Source: a virus (lineage: Duplodnaviria > Caudoviricetes). From it: 64,000 bases of DNA. The DNA lies in IMG/VR virus record IMGVR_UViG_3300036985_003045. One strand, 5' to 3'. Shown here piece after piece: positions 36,939 to 47,084 of this stretch (position 1 is its first letter; each line of letters begins with the position of its first letter). Position numbers and translations under genes: made by a program. The notes under the pieces were generated by a model. The model was not told the DNA's origin, did no database searches, and saw only the letters and a program-made list of their open reading frames with translations.

Positions 36939-38054
36939 TTAGTAAGGGATTTCATCAAATTCATCAATAGATATAATTACTTCTACAGGATCTATTTCAG
37001 AAGTTTGTGGTTCAGACATTTTATCAAGTAAATCAATAAATGCTGCCTTAGTTTGAGAGTCAAAACGATTACAGCATAATTGAACTGCTTTTGTTTTATT
37101 ACCAAAGATAGCAAAAGCTCGAACAATATGAACCATACGACGAGTGGTAATTAACTCATCAACTCCGCCATCATCATAAGTTTTGCGAATAGCATCTGCC
37201 CATTTAACCAATAACTCAGCAAATGGTTCATCAACACATTTGAATTGTTCCATTAGATTCTTAACTATTTTTAATTCGATGTTTGCACTTGGATATTCTT
37301 GTTCAAATGTAACCGCAAATCGTTCAAGAAATGCTTCATTCAATACATTAGTACCAATATAACGACCATCATCAGAACCTTTACCTTTAGTATTGGCTGT
37401 AGCAAGGATATTGAATCCTTCTGCTGGAATGATCATTTCATTCTTCAACTTGAAGTAGTATGGTTTACCTTCAAGAATAGGTTGTAAGCATAATAAAGTA
37501 TTTGCTGAACCAGCATCAATCTCATCAAGTAACAAAGTAGTACCTGTGCGCATCGCAACCAACACAGGTCCTTCAACAATCTCAACATTACCTTCTTGAA
37601 GAGTTTTTGAACCAATCAACTGCTCTTCGTCAGTCATCTGGTTCAAGTTAACCCTAATCAAAGGTTTTTTATGTTTAGCGCATATTTGCTCAACCATGGT
37701 TGATTTACCATTACCAGTAGGTCCGTAAATATACGAGGGATAAAAAATGCCGGATTTAATAATAGATTCTAGATCTTTGAAGTTACCAAATGGTACAAAG
37801 TTAGGATCTTTTTCTGGCACGAGAGAGGTTCCACCTTTAGGAATGGAAACTATTTTCAGTTCTTTCATAGGCATTTCTGCAGTTGGTAATCTATAAACAC
37901 CTCTAGCAACTTTGTTTTGCATTAACCAATCTGGCCAATCGCAATTCATTTGATCTTTTACTTCTTTGAGTTGCTTACGAGTGATAGTACCGGTTGTTTC
38001 AGCATCAGGAAACATTTGGTACATAGTAGGAATAAAGTTTGGAATGGTTTTCAT
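36939..38054 (-). CDS. CobS/MoxR-like AAA+ ATPase
   Basis: GPTGNGKS, LLDEID, ATANTKG, NEAFLERF. Confidence 0.9.
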   Translation of the reverse strand: MKTIPNFIPTMYQMFPDAETTGTITRKQLKEVKDQMNCDWPDWLMQNKVARGVYRLPTAEMPMKELKIVSIPKGGTSLVPEKDPNFVPFGNFKDLESIIKSGIFYPSYIYGPTGNGKSTMVEQICAKHKKPLIRVNLNQMTDEEQLIGSKTLQEGNVEIVEGPVLVAMRTGTTLLLDEIDAGSANTLLCLQPILEGKPYYFKLKNEMIIPAEGFNILATANTKGKGSDDGRYIGTNVLNEAFLERFAVTFEQEYPSANIELKIVKNLMEQFKCVDEPFAELLVKWADAIRKTYDDGGVDELITTRRMVHIVRAFAIFGNKTKAVQLCCNRFDSQTKAAFIDLLDKMSEPQTSEIDPVEVIISIDEFDEIPY

Positions 38055-38089
38055 AATATAGTTTTTCTCATTTGTTAGTTTATGGATCT

Positions 38090-38118
38090 ATTATAACACG
38101 TTTTCATCAAATGTAAAC
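38090..38118 (-). promoter_or_regulatory. Early promoter GTTTAC-N17-TATAAT
   Basis: Consensus match. Confidence 0.8.
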
Positions 38119-38141
38119 GTTTATTTTAAAATAATTTCACT

Positions 38142-40274
38142 TTAGGCCACATAACCGATAAATTTATTCAATAATAAACGGTTCACTTGACGTCCTTCCA
38201 TCATTTTAGTGAACTTATTTGCAATAGAAGAAGTTGATTGTTTACTTGAAACTTCCAATTCTATGTCTTTAATTCTCAAAGACTTTGCAGGAACTAAGAA
38301 TAAATCATCACGACCTTTAGTTTTGAAAGAAGCAAAACCATTTAGGCGAACTTCTTTTCTAACTTCATCGATATCTATATCATAGATACCATTATTATAT
38401 GATGCTGAATTAATTTCTGAACGACCTAAAGAACCTGCAACATAAAACCCAATATTAGCAACATTATATCTATCTTTTATCATTTTTAATAAAGTATTAG
38501 TTTGTTCAGTAGCATTATACTGAAAATCATAATTTATTTTAGTTATTGGATCAACTAAGAAATTCTTACCATAATGTGGAGCATTATAAGCACGTAAAGT
38601 ACTTCCTGCTCCATCAGTTAATGTAATAAAGGACATCTTTTCGACATTATTAGTATTCATAAATTTGCCTATATGATCAGTCATATAAGCTAATGCTTCA
38701 TTTAATGGAGTTCCACCTAATGAGTATTCACTTTTTCTAGTAAACTTATAAGTATTAAACAGTCTTTTGGCCATATCATTAAAATCTTTATTTGACATTT
38801 TATGACTAAAGAATTCCAACAAAGCACAGTCTTTAGTTGCGTTATTTAATAAATTTGTAGCTAATCTAGTTTGTTGAAATCTATCTTTTCTTCTATTTGA
38901 ATAAGGTTTATTATCATAACAGTTATAATAATAATCTGAAAATGCTAATACTTGAAATGGAATTTGCAATCTATGACAAAACATTGATAATGTAGTAACT
39001 TGTTGAATTACATCTCCAATAACTTCATTCATAGAACCTGACCAATCTATCAAAAAGATCATTCCATGCTTTTTACCATCTTGAGTGGTAGTAATTCTTT
39101 TAAATAAGTCATCATTTAATTGATAACCCCAAATCTTTTTCATATCCAATGAACCTGATTTTGATACTTGATTACGTTTATATTGAGTTGCAGCTTTTTT
39201 CATCTCAAATTCTTTTATGAGATAATTAACAGTTTTCAATGTATTTGACTTGAATTTAATATATTCTACATCCGATCTTCTAGGAATATCTTCTTTATAA
39301 CCCCAACGATTTAATATAAATTCTTGTTCAGTTTCAGTTTCAGATAAAATGGTTTTATAACCTACAATTGTATCAGGATCATAATCAGTATCTAATCTTA
39401 AATAATTATATTCTGCATTCATATCCACAGAATTATCTAAATTTTCCATTAAAGATTTATTAGTTTTAGACTCTAATTCTTCTTCTATTTCTTCAGGAGT
39501 TTTACTACCTTGATCACTAGCAACATTATCTTCTGGTTGTTGTTGATCATCTGAATTACTATTATCTCCTTCAGATTCTTCAGGAGTTTTACTACCTTGA
39601 TCACTAGCAACATTATCTTCTGGTGGTTGTTGTTGATCATCTGAATTACTATTATCTTCTTCAGATTCTTCAGATTCTTCAGTATTTTCATTATTAACTG
39701 ATGAATCTTTACTTTCTGAGTTTTCTAATTCATTTTTACAGAATTCATAAATATCTTTTGCTAATTCAACAACTTCAATTGAAGTTTCAGTTTTTTCTGC
39801 ACGAGTAACAAATACTTTTTCTTGTTCTGAAAATGAAACTCCCGAAGAAATACCTACTTTGAACCAAAGGTTCATTCTATCAATAAGATTAAGAGTTCTT
39901 ATATTTTTAATTTCCTTTACACCAAAGAAGTCTCTTTCATTAAGTTGTCTATAACCTTCAATCATAGTCTTTTTAAGACCGGGATATTTACGTTTCATTA
40001 ATTTTTCAACACGAACATCTTCAACTACATTAATATAGTCATGGATTTTGTAATCCTCTTTTGAAGCCTCCATCATATCCATAGTTGTATACAATGCATG
40101 ACCTACTTCATGACCTACAAGCATACTCTCTATTTCAGGAGTCATATGTTTAAAGATAGGTAAAGTTAGTTGTCTTGATTTTACATTAAAAGAGGCAGTT
40201 TTAACTGCAGCTTTAACTACAGTTAAGTTTTCTGTTGCGAGGAGTTTTGCAGTAAGGTCTATTGCTGTATTCAT
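38142..40274 (-). CDS. CobT-like metallopeptidase-vWA protein
   Basis: HEVGHALYT zincin motif, acidic linker, DWSGSM MIDAS, GGTPLNEA, TDG. Confidence 0.88.
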   Translation of the reverse strand: MNTAIDLTAKLLATENLTVVKAAVKTASFNVKSRQLTLPIFKHMTPEIESMLVGHEVGHALYTTMDMMEASKEDYKIHDYINVVEDVRVEKLMKRKYPGLKKTMIEGYRQLNERDFFGVKEIKNIRTLNLIDRMNLWFKVGISSGVSFSEQEKVFVTRAEKTETSIEVVELAKDIYEFCKNELENSESKDSSVNNENTEESEESEEDNSNSDDQQQPPEDNVASDQGSKTPEESEGDNSNSDDQQQPEDNVASDQGSKTPEEIEEELESKTNKSLMENLDNSVDMNAEYNYLRLDTDYDPDTIVGYKTILSETETEQEFILNRWGYKEDIPRRSDVEYIKFKSNTLKTVNYLIKEFEMKKAATQYKRNQVSKSGSLDMKKIWGYQLNDDLFKRITTTQDGKKHGMIFLIDWSGSMNEVIGDVIQQVTTLSMFCHRLQIPFQVLAFSDYYYNCYDNKPYSNRRKDRFQQTRLATNLLNNATKDCALLEFFSHKMSNKDFNDMAKRLFNTYKFTRKSEYSLGGTPLNEALAYMTDHIGKFMNTNNVEKMSFITLTDGAGSTLRAYNAPHYGKNFLVDPITKINYDFQYNATEQTNTLLKMIKDRYNVANIGFYVAGSLGRSEINSASYNNGIYDIDIDEVRKEVRLNGFASFKTKGRDDLFLVPAKSLRIKDIELEVSSKQSTSSIANKFTKMMEGRQVNRLLLNKFIGYVA
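39490..39670. repeat. 87/90-nt tandem duplication in acidic linker
   Basis: Two near-identical copies encoding EESEGDNSNSDDQQQPEDNVASDQGSKTP. Confidence 0.85.
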
Positions 40275-40304
40275 AATATAATCTCTTTATCAATTTATGA
40301 GTCT

Positions 40305-40333
40305 ATTATATCACCTTTTCAGAGAATGTAAAC
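40305..40333 (-). promoter_or_regulatory. Early promoter GTTTAC-N17-TATAAT
   Basis: Consensus match. Confidence 0.8.
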
Positions 40334-40361
40334 ATTTATTTTCACAATTGGAAAAATTACC

Positions 40362-40480
40362 TAAAGTGTAAAAAAGTGCACTTTTAAGCAATTGATTATA
40401 TTATACTTTTTTTATTAAAAAGTGCGTTTTTTACACTTTATGGTAGTATCTGCACCCTTAAAAATAAAAAGTGTGCACAG
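40362..40480. repeat. Non-coding palindromic/AAAGTG repeat region
   Basis: 14-bp palindrome AAAAGTGCACTTTT (40372-40385); 14-bp inverted repeat 40362-40375 / 40427-40440. Confidence 0.6.
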
Positions 40481-40525
40481 AACTGATTATTTTTTTATTT
40501 ATTTAATTAAATCAATATGTTATTA

Positions 40526-42244
40526 TTAAACTAACACTGAAAATTCATTCCGTTTTTCCACCTTCAGGATTGAATGAAATTTGTCATTTAATATGTCCCC
40601 TTTATGACTGATGACAAATACATTTGTATCCTTCGAGACCTCATCTAGTAATTGAAGCAATAAATCTGTAGCACTTGCATCTAAAGATGAATCAAATATT
40701 TCATCCAATATTAACAAATTAGTATTAACTGAATTCTTCAATCGGGCGATTTGTCTCCAAGCAAATAGAATTGCAACGTCAAGTTTACGTTTTTCTCCTT
40801 CTGAGAAAGAGGCATAGGTAAACTCATCTCTAAATCTAGATTTGATAGTTTCATTGAATGACTCATCTAATTCAAACTTAATATAAGTGTCCATAATTGC
40901 CAGATACTTATTGATTAAGGTATTCATTACAGGTAGATACTCACGAATAATAGCTGTCTTAATTCCTGTATCTTTGAGTAACTGATTTGAAATATCCTGC
41001 AAACCTCTAAGTTCCATCAAGGATGTTTTCTCAGTTATCTTTTCAACAGTACTAGTCGCAAGTTCTTTTAGTTTACGTTTCTCTTCATCTACATTGGTAG
41101 TATTTTGTTCAACTGATTCGATTTCTAAAAGAAACTGAGAGTTCTGTTTGTTTAGTAAAGTAACAGTACTATTTGTTGTTGATAGTTCAATATTCTTATC
41201 AGTGATATTATTTTGTATAACTTGAATATTTTTTAAAGATTCTTTTAGATTAAAAAGTGCAACTTCTAATGCTATAAGTTTAGAATCTTCCTCATCTATT
41301 TTAGATTGAATATCTGCCACTACTATTTGTTTATAATCCTCGGTAATTTCCTGTGAACATGTTGAACATACATCATTCTCATAAAAGAAATGTTTGTGTG
41401 TTACATGATGATTATGGATTGCAGTAACTTTGCTATGTAACCTATTAACATCTTGGATATTTTGATCAAGAAAATCTTTATCGCTAATCTTTTCTCTTAA
41501 ATGAACTAATTCTGCCGCTAGTAAATCAGAAGTTACTTGAGATTGCTCAATTTGATAATCATTCTTAGTAATCTTATCTAATAATAATCTAACAGTATCA
41601 GATTTTGCAGTATTCATTGCTGAAATTATAGCAGTCTGAGACTCAACTTTTGCTCGAGCTATTTTAATATCTGATTCTAATCTTGCAATAGAATCTTTTG
41701 TTGATGCTACTCGATCCTTCAATATTTGATTCATTACCGAGAAGATACGAATATCCAGAATATCTTCAACAACTTCTCTACGTTGATTAGTTTTCAACTG
41801 CATGAATGGAACAAAAGATGCTGAACCTAGAATAACTACCTGTGTAAAGGTTTTATAGTTAAGTCTAAGTATCTGTTGTTCTAAAATCTTTTGGTAATCT
41901 TTATTAGCGGCTTCTTGATTTAATAAGACATCATTACAATATATCTCAAAGATTCCTGGTTTAATACCTCGAATAACTTTATATGTCTTATTACCAATAA
42001 TGAATTCACATGTTACTAATAGTTGTTTGCCATTAATAGAGTTAACTAATTGACTTAGTTTAATATCTCTGAAAGGTTTACCAAATAAACAAAATGTAAT
42101 GGCATCAAGTATGGTAGATTTACCATCACCGTTTTTACCCATAATTAGAGTAGTTCTTGACTTATCTAATAAGATTTTATTTTCAACATTTCCAGTTGAT
42201 AAGAAGTTTTTGTAACTGATGTACTTAAAATGTAATGTTGACAT
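40526..42244 (-). CDS. gp46: Recombination endonuclease ATPase subunit (Rad50/SbcC-like)
   Basis: GKNGDGKST, FSEGEK, LDEIFD, ISH. Confidence 0.95.
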   Translation of the reverse strand: MSTLHFKYISYKNFLSTGNVENKILLDKSRTTLIMGKNGDGKSTILDAITFCLFGKPFRDIKLSQLVNSINGKQLLVTCEFIIGNKTYKVIRGIKPGIFEIYCNDVLLNQEAANKDYQKILEQQILRLNYKTFTQVVILGSASFVPFMQLKTNQRREVVEDILDIRIFSVMNQILKDRVASTKDSIARLESDIKIARAKVESQTAIISAMNTAKSDTVRLLLDKITKNDYQIEQSQVTSDLLAAELVHLREKISDKDFLDQNIQDVNRLHSKVTAIHNHHVTHKHFFYENDVCSTCSQEITEDYKQIVVADIQSKIDEEDSKLIALEVALFNLKESLKNIQVIQNNITDKNIELSTTNSTVTLLNKQNSQFLLEIESVEQNTTNVDEEKRKLKELATSTVEKITEKTSLMELRGLQDISNQLLKDTGIKTAIIREYLPVMNTLINKYLAIMDTYIKFELDESFNETIKSRFRDEFTYASFSEGEKRKLDVAILFAWRQIARLKNSVNTNLLILDEIFDSSLDASATDLLLQLLDEVSKDTNVFVISHKGDILNDKFHSILKVEKRNEFSVLV

Positions 42245-43302
42245 TATGCCATATCCAAATTTACCGCTTCAGTATAAAGTGATTGAATGTAAGATTTTAT
42301 CTTTGATGTTTCTACATCAGTTTCTATAGATTCAATATAATGGTTTAAAACAGATTGAGTATCTTCTAATTTAATATCATCAGATAGTTCACCTGAAGAG
42401 AAGTCTCCAATGTCCTCAATAATTTTAATTTCATGTGCACCTTTATTATATAATTTAGTCAGGAATGTATCATATTTGTAATAATCAGTTTTGTTAACTA
42501 CTACAAGTTTAACATAAGTGTCTTGAATATCTATAGTACTTAAGTCAATTGGTTCTTGATTTAAATCATTATATTCTAATTTGACAAATAATTTATAAGG
42601 ATTCTCAATAAACTCTAAATCTCGTGTAGCAAGATCAAATATATGAAATCCTTTTGGATCGGCATAATCTTGCCAAGTTATTTCGTATGGAGTTCCAAGA
42701 TAAGTAATATTATTCTTTGTAGACCTATGATGATAATGACCTGAGAAGGTTTTATCATATCGATCAAACATCAAACTTGACATTCCTCCATGTGATTCTA
42801 CACCTCTATACATTTGAAATCCGCCAATCTCGAAATGACCCATGCAAATATCAGATAGCGAACTTCTAATCTCTTCATAAGATTCTTCATAATTGTCATT
42901 ACAGATCCAAGGTATCATAGCTATACTAATACCTTTGATAGAAACTGTTTGAGCATATTCTATGAGATGAATATTATCATATTCTGCCAATAGCAAATTA
43001 GGAGTGTTTGGAGATAAGGTGTTTTTAAAATATATGTCATGATTACCAATTATCATATAGACAGTTATATTTCTGTCTTTTAATTCATTAAAGAAAAATA
43101 ATTTACTTTGTTCTATTACATAATTATTAGTAAATTTACGGGTATCAAATGTATCACCTAAAATAATAACTGTGTCAATATTATTTTGGTCAAGATATGG
43201 AAAGAATACCTCATTATAAAATTTACGTTGATGGTCAATTATAATTGTAGAACCTGTTCTAGCACCAAAATGTTGGTCAGTAATTAAACAAACCTTATTC
43301 AT
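42244..43302 (-). CDS. gp47: Recombination endonuclease nuclease subunit (Mre11/SbcD-like)
   Basis: TDQHFG, GDTFD, GNHD, GHYH. Confidence 0.95.
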   Translation of the reverse strand: MNKVCLITDQHFGARTGSTIIIDHQRKFYNEVFFPYLDQNNIDTVIILGDTFDTRKFTNNYVIEQSKLFFFNELKDRNITVYMIIGNHDIYFKNTLSPNTPNLLLAEYDNIHLIEYAQTVSIKGISIAMIPWICNDNYEESYEEIRSSLSDICMGHFEIGGFQMYRGVESHGGMSSLMFDRYDKTFSGHYHHRSTKNNITYLGTPYEITWQDYADPKGFHIFDLATRDLEFIENPYKLFVKLEYNDLNQEPIDLSTIDIQDTYVKLVVVNKTDYYKYDTFLTKLYNKGAHEIKIIEDIGDFSSGELSDDIKLEDTQSVLNHYIESIETDVETSKIKSYIQSLYTEAVNLDMA

Positions 43303-43492
43303 TCAACCTCCATCCTTCGATACTAGTTTGTTCAAACGTTTTAAGTTGACACTTACATCCTTGAGCTATTGCATACTTGATTGTATGTTCTTTTTCAGAA
43401 TTTTCTATAGTTTTCCAATCTTCCCATCTTTTAGATTCTTCATCAAATAAACGATATTGCTTTATAACTTCATTCATAATATATGCTCTCAA
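43295..43492 (-). CDS. Hypothetical protein
   Basis: 65-aa ORF. Confidence 0.5.
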   Translation of the reverse strand: MRAYIMNEVIKQYRLFDEESKRWEDWKTIENSEKEHTIKYAIAQGCKCQLKTFEQTSIEGWRLNE

Positions 43493-43495
43493 TAA

Positions 43496-44035
43496 TTAAT
43501 TATAAAAATCTTCTAAAGGTGAGTAAACTTCTTTTTTAATCTTTTCTTTTTTAGGTTTTTCAAATGATGAACCATCAAAGTTATTATACGCTTTCATGTA
43601 TTCGATATAGTTATTTGTGAAGTCTCCTTGTTCATCATGAGCTTGTAGTTCAGTAAGATCTAAAGCATTTGAGGTAAGTAGTTTGCTTCTAATGTATACT
43701 TGTCTTTTCTCTTTTGCTATTCTACGTAGAAATGCAAAATAAACAATTTGAGTAAAATAGGAAAAAGGATTATGTGTTTTATTCTCATCGAAATTATCAA
43801 TAACCTTTAAACAATTTTCGACTCCATCAAGTATCATATCCTCTTTAAATGAATATCCATTAAAGCTTCTAAGATTGGAGAAATTAGTAGCAATCTTAAA
43901 TATACATCCACCAATATATTCAGAGATTCTAGGTTTGGGAATTCCCTTTGATTCACAATCCTTAACTAAAAGGATACGTTCTTGCATAGCTACAAAGAAT
44001 TCTTCATTATTAATATAATTTAGTTTCTTACTCAT
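43496..44035 (-). CDS. gp55: Late transcription sigma factor
   Basis: YINNEEF, EDMILDGVENC, NPFSYFTQI; C-terminal PLEDFY clamp-like motif. Confidence 0.95.
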   Translation of the reverse strand: MSKKLNYINNEEFFVAMQERILLVKDCESKGIPKPRISEYIGGCIFKIATNFSNLRSFNGYSFKEDMILDGVENCLKVIDNFDENKTHNPFSYFTQIVYFAFLRRIAKEKRQVYIRSKLLTSNALDLTELQAHDEQGDFTNNYIEYMKAYNNFDGSSFEKPKKEKIKKEVYSPLEDFYN

Positions 44036-44118
44036 TTCTACTCCCTCAATTTATAATATAGAACTATTATATCCTATGATTGATAAAAAGTACATTAAAA
44101 TATATTTTTATTTTACTG

Positions 44119-44147
44119 TTTACAACTGTTTACTTTTGTGATATACT
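44119..44147 (+). promoter_or_regulatory. Plus-strand sigma70-like promoter (antisense to uvsW block)
   Basis: TTTACA-N17-TATACT with extended -10 TG; back-to-back with the gp55 promoter. Confidence 0.5.
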
Positions 44148-44169
44148 GGTTATACCAGGTTTTTCTAGG

Positions 44170-44532
44170 TTAATGTATTGTTTCATTAGATAGATTAATA
44201 CTAATTGTTTCTAAATCATATTCCTCTTCAGGTAATACTAATTGACCTATTTGAACATCTATAAGACGTTTATAGTATTCAATAGTAGATTCATTTAAAG
44301 GTTTAATGATTATGACATCATCCTTCCATACTGTAAAGATTTGTTCGTCAGTAAAAGAACACCATGGAGAACCGGCTAATACTTCTTTATTTTTACCTTC
44401 AAATTCAAAGTTGACGGTTTTCATTTGGATAGGGTACATAATTGTAAATTTATGATCATCCTCACCTATTTTTACACTTATGATGTTATCTCCATTTACA
44501 AGTTTTAAGGTAATATATTCATGCTCTAACAT
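44170..44532 (-). CDS. Conserved T4-like hypothetical protein downstream of uvsW
   Basis: YITLKLVNGDNII pattern. Confidence 0.65.
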   Translation of the reverse strand: MLEHEYITLKLVNGDNIISVKIGEDDHKFTIMYPIQMKTVNFEFEGKNKEVLAGSPWCSFTDEQIFTVWKDDVIIIKPLNESTIEYYKRLIDVQIGQLVLPEEEYDLETISINLSNETIH

Positions 44533-46016
44533 TTTAACTCCACTTCAACGATGTTAACTAAAAATTGTTCTGTAATATATATCTTATATCTCTCAATGCC
44601 ATGGGACAAAGTAGTATTTTTCCAAGACTTCCAGTGCAAATCATCAACTAAATCAAAAAGTCGGCATTCATTTTTACCATCATTTAAACGTAAACCTCTA
44701 CCTATAGATTGCAGATTTCTTATTTTAGATTTTGAAGGATGGGCAAATATAATGTTTTCTATTGATGGCATATTAGTACCTGTACTCATAGTCGCGTACG
44801 AGGCTACTATTATAGCATTATTATATTTGCTACAAACATTTCTAATCTCTTCACGATCTTTTGTATCAACTCCGCCATGAATATAAAAGACTGGTCTATC
44901 TTGATGTACTTTATTTTTTATATCTTCATATATGACTTTGCCATGCTTTTGTACATAGTTAAAAAGTACAAGAGTATTGCCTGTAGTAGATATTGCTAAA
45001 TTTCGTATAAATTTATTTCTGACAGGATTTGTAACTAACCAATCAAGTTCTTTGGTATATTCAGTACCTTTAAACATCCTACAAGTTTCTTCATCATATT
45101 TAAGAATAAGTTGTTTGATTTTTAAATTAACTACCGAACCTTCATCCATTAATTTTTTAGTTGTAGTTACCTGATATACCGGGCCAAATAATCCTTCAAG
45201 AGTTAGTTTATTAGTTTTAGAACTTTCATCAATAGTACCTGTAGCTCCAATTCTGTATTTGGTATTAACACATTTTTCCATAATACCTGAAATAGAAGCT
45301 GCCTTGGCAAGATGGCATTCATCAACCATAGCCACATCAAATTGCTGATAAAAGGATTTTTGTTTTATAGTAATTAATGATTGCCATGTAGAGATAAGAA
45401 CGTTTTTTGTAAAATCTTTTGTAAATCCTGAATATAGTTTTTGTACATTATGTTCAACATTAAATCCATTTGCACTTGAATAATCAGCAAAATCTGAATA
45501 CATTTGCTCAACAAGCATAGTATTAGGTACTATCAGAAGTAATTTTCTATTTGCATTTAAATGCCATCTCATTATAGCATACAAAATACCGGATTTACCT
45601 GAAGCGGTAGGACTTAATAATGTTACTCTATTTCTATTAAGCGCTTTTAAAAGAGCATCTACCTGATAATCCCTAAGCGAAATTGGTAAACCTCGCGCAG
45701 ATAAGTTAAGACTGTCGGCAAACAATTGAATATCTTGGGCAGAATATGTATTTGAATTCTCTATACCCGCACTAATAGTTAATTCATAATCATTTCTATT
45801 TGCAAATTCTTTAACATATTGTAATAAACCAGCATAGAGATTTTTAGTTTGAAGATTGTATAATCTAACATACCCATCCCATATACCTGCTTTATATGCC
45901 GGCATGAACTTATAACCTGAGATTCTAAACTTAAAGAAGTCAGATAGTTCTTGTTCTATAGAAGAATCTGAAAATATTCTAATATAGACTTCATTGTGTT
46001 TTTCTATTGTAATCAT
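44526..46016 (-). CDS. uvsW: SF2 DNA helicase UvsW
   Basis: SPTASGKS, DECH, GATGT, QSIGRGLR. Confidence 0.95.
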   Translation of the reverse strand: MITIEKHNEVYIRIFSDSSIEQELSDFFKFRISGYKFMPAYKAGIWDGYVRLYNLQTKNLYAGLLQYVKEFANRNDYELTISAGIENSNTYSAQDIQLFADSLNLSARGLPISLRDYQVDALLKALNRNRVTLLSPTASGKSGILYAIMRWHLNANRKLLLIVPNTMLVEQMYSDFADYSSANGFNVEHNVQKLYSGFTKDFTKNVLISTWQSLITIKQKSFYQQFDVAMVDECHLAKAASISGIMEKCVNTKYRIGATGTIDESSKTNKLTLEGLFGPVYQVTTTKKLMDEGSVVNLKIKQLILKYDEETCRMFKGTEYTKELDWLVTNPVRNKFIRNLAISTTGNTLVLFNYVQKHGKVIYEDIKNKVHQDRPVFYIHGGVDTKDREEIRNVCSKYNNAIIVASYATMSTGTNMPSIENIIFAHPSKSKIRNLQSIGRGLRLNDGKNECRLFDLVDDLHWKSWKNTTLSHGIERYKIYITEQFLVNIVEVELKC

Positions 46017-46456
46017 TAGTTGCCAGCTAAAAACTTTTTATGTTCTAGAACTGTTTTTAATTGCCAATCTCTAGCCTTGATTTGGCCTAGGATAGATTCA
46101 AGTAGGTAATTCATAGTTTGCAAATATTCTATTTTAACTTTCATATTATTAAGATCAGTATCTCCATCAAGAAATTGATCCATCTCATTCTTCATAGGTT
46201 TGACACCTTGCCATTGTTCCCAATTCAGTATAGATAATTCATCTCTAGAAAGTTCACCTCGATAATACCTAAACTTAGTCTTTTTTAGAACATTATAATC
46301 ATTATTATATTTTGTAACTTTAAGTTTTGCCTGCATTAAATATCTTATATACTTAGCATGCAACTTTGGAACTCGAATGGATTCATTCGAGATATGATTG
46401 TCATCCATTACAGAATCGTCATCCCATTCTGATAAAAGTTCATCAATTGTAGCCAT
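46016..46456 (-). CDS. uvsY: Recombination mediator
   Basis: IRVPKLHAKY, KFRYYRGEL, RDWQLK. Confidence 0.9.
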   Translation of the reverse strand: MATIDELLSEWDDDSVMDDNHISNESIRVPKLHAKYIRYLMQAKLKVTKYNNDYNVLKKTKFRYYRGELSRDELSILNWEQWQGVKPMKNEMDQFLDGDTDLNNMKVKIEYLQTMNYLLESILGQIKARDWQLKTVLEHKKFLAGN

Positions 46457-46471
46457 AATATCCTCAAAAAA

Positions 46472-47002
46472 TTATATAAATTCGTATCTACTTATTTTAA
46501 ATGTTACATTCCCAACTAAATATGATACGTCTGTATTTGTAGATAGAAAATTCATTGAACTTAAATTCAATGGTAGAATATCTATAAACTTTACAGTTTT
46601 TACCGGTAGATTATTACTTCCTAATATCTGTAAAGTAGCATCAGAATATTCTTTACTTGTTCTACTATACCCTGTATCTTGTAAATTAATAAAATCAGTA
46701 AATTGATTATTATCTTCTGGAAAACCAAGTCCTATCATCCAATCATATACAGCAATATAATTACTCATATTTTGATCTATAATAAACTGTATATTTAGAT
46801 CTTCAAATGAAAGTATTTCCCCACTAAATGGCAAAGCCGATAAAGGAGTGTTTACTTCAAATGTTGGTAAAGACATACCTGGAAGAGTAACTTCTTGACA
46901 AAAGAATGATACTTCCGGTAATTTTGAAATAGAAAAATTAAACCCATTACTTGATAGTGGATTTATATTTGTTGGAAACGGACATGTAGTTGTTATTGCC
47001 AT
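46472..47002 (-). CDS. gp3: Tail completion/tube terminator
   Basis: F.FSISKLP.VSFFCQ.V.LPG, L.IQFIIDQNM.NY...YDWM. Confidence 0.85.
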   Translation of the reverse strand: MAITTTCPFPTNINPLSSNGFNFSISKLPEVSFFCQEVTLPGMSLPTFEVNTPLSALPFSGEILSFEDLNIQFIIDQNMSNYIAVYDWMIGLGFPEDNNQFTDFINLQDTGYSRTSKEYSDATLQILGSNNLPVKTVKFIDILPLNLSSMNFLSTNTDVSYLVGNVTFKISRYEFI

Positions 47003-47018
47003 TATAGTACCTCTGATC

Positions 47019-47026
47019 TATTTATA
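47019..47026 (-). promoter_or_regulatory. Late promoter TATAAATA
   Basis: Exact consensus upstream of gp3. Confidence 0.75.
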
Positions 47027-47031
47027 ACAAT

Positions 47032-47067
47032 AAAAAAAGGAGTCCGAAGACTCCTTTCTTATCAAAC
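47032..47067 (-). terminator. Rho-independent terminator after gp23
   Basis: AAAGGAGTC-TTCG-GACTCCTTT followed by a U-tract. Confidence 0.9.
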
Positions 47068-47084
47068 GTATTTAAAACTAAAAC

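Noticed and set aside
36939-40274. CobS/CobT as cobalamin biosynthesis AMGs
   Set aside because: This MoxR AAA+/vWA pair is routine in T4-like aquatic phages and there are no other cob genes; a chaperone-type role is more plausible.
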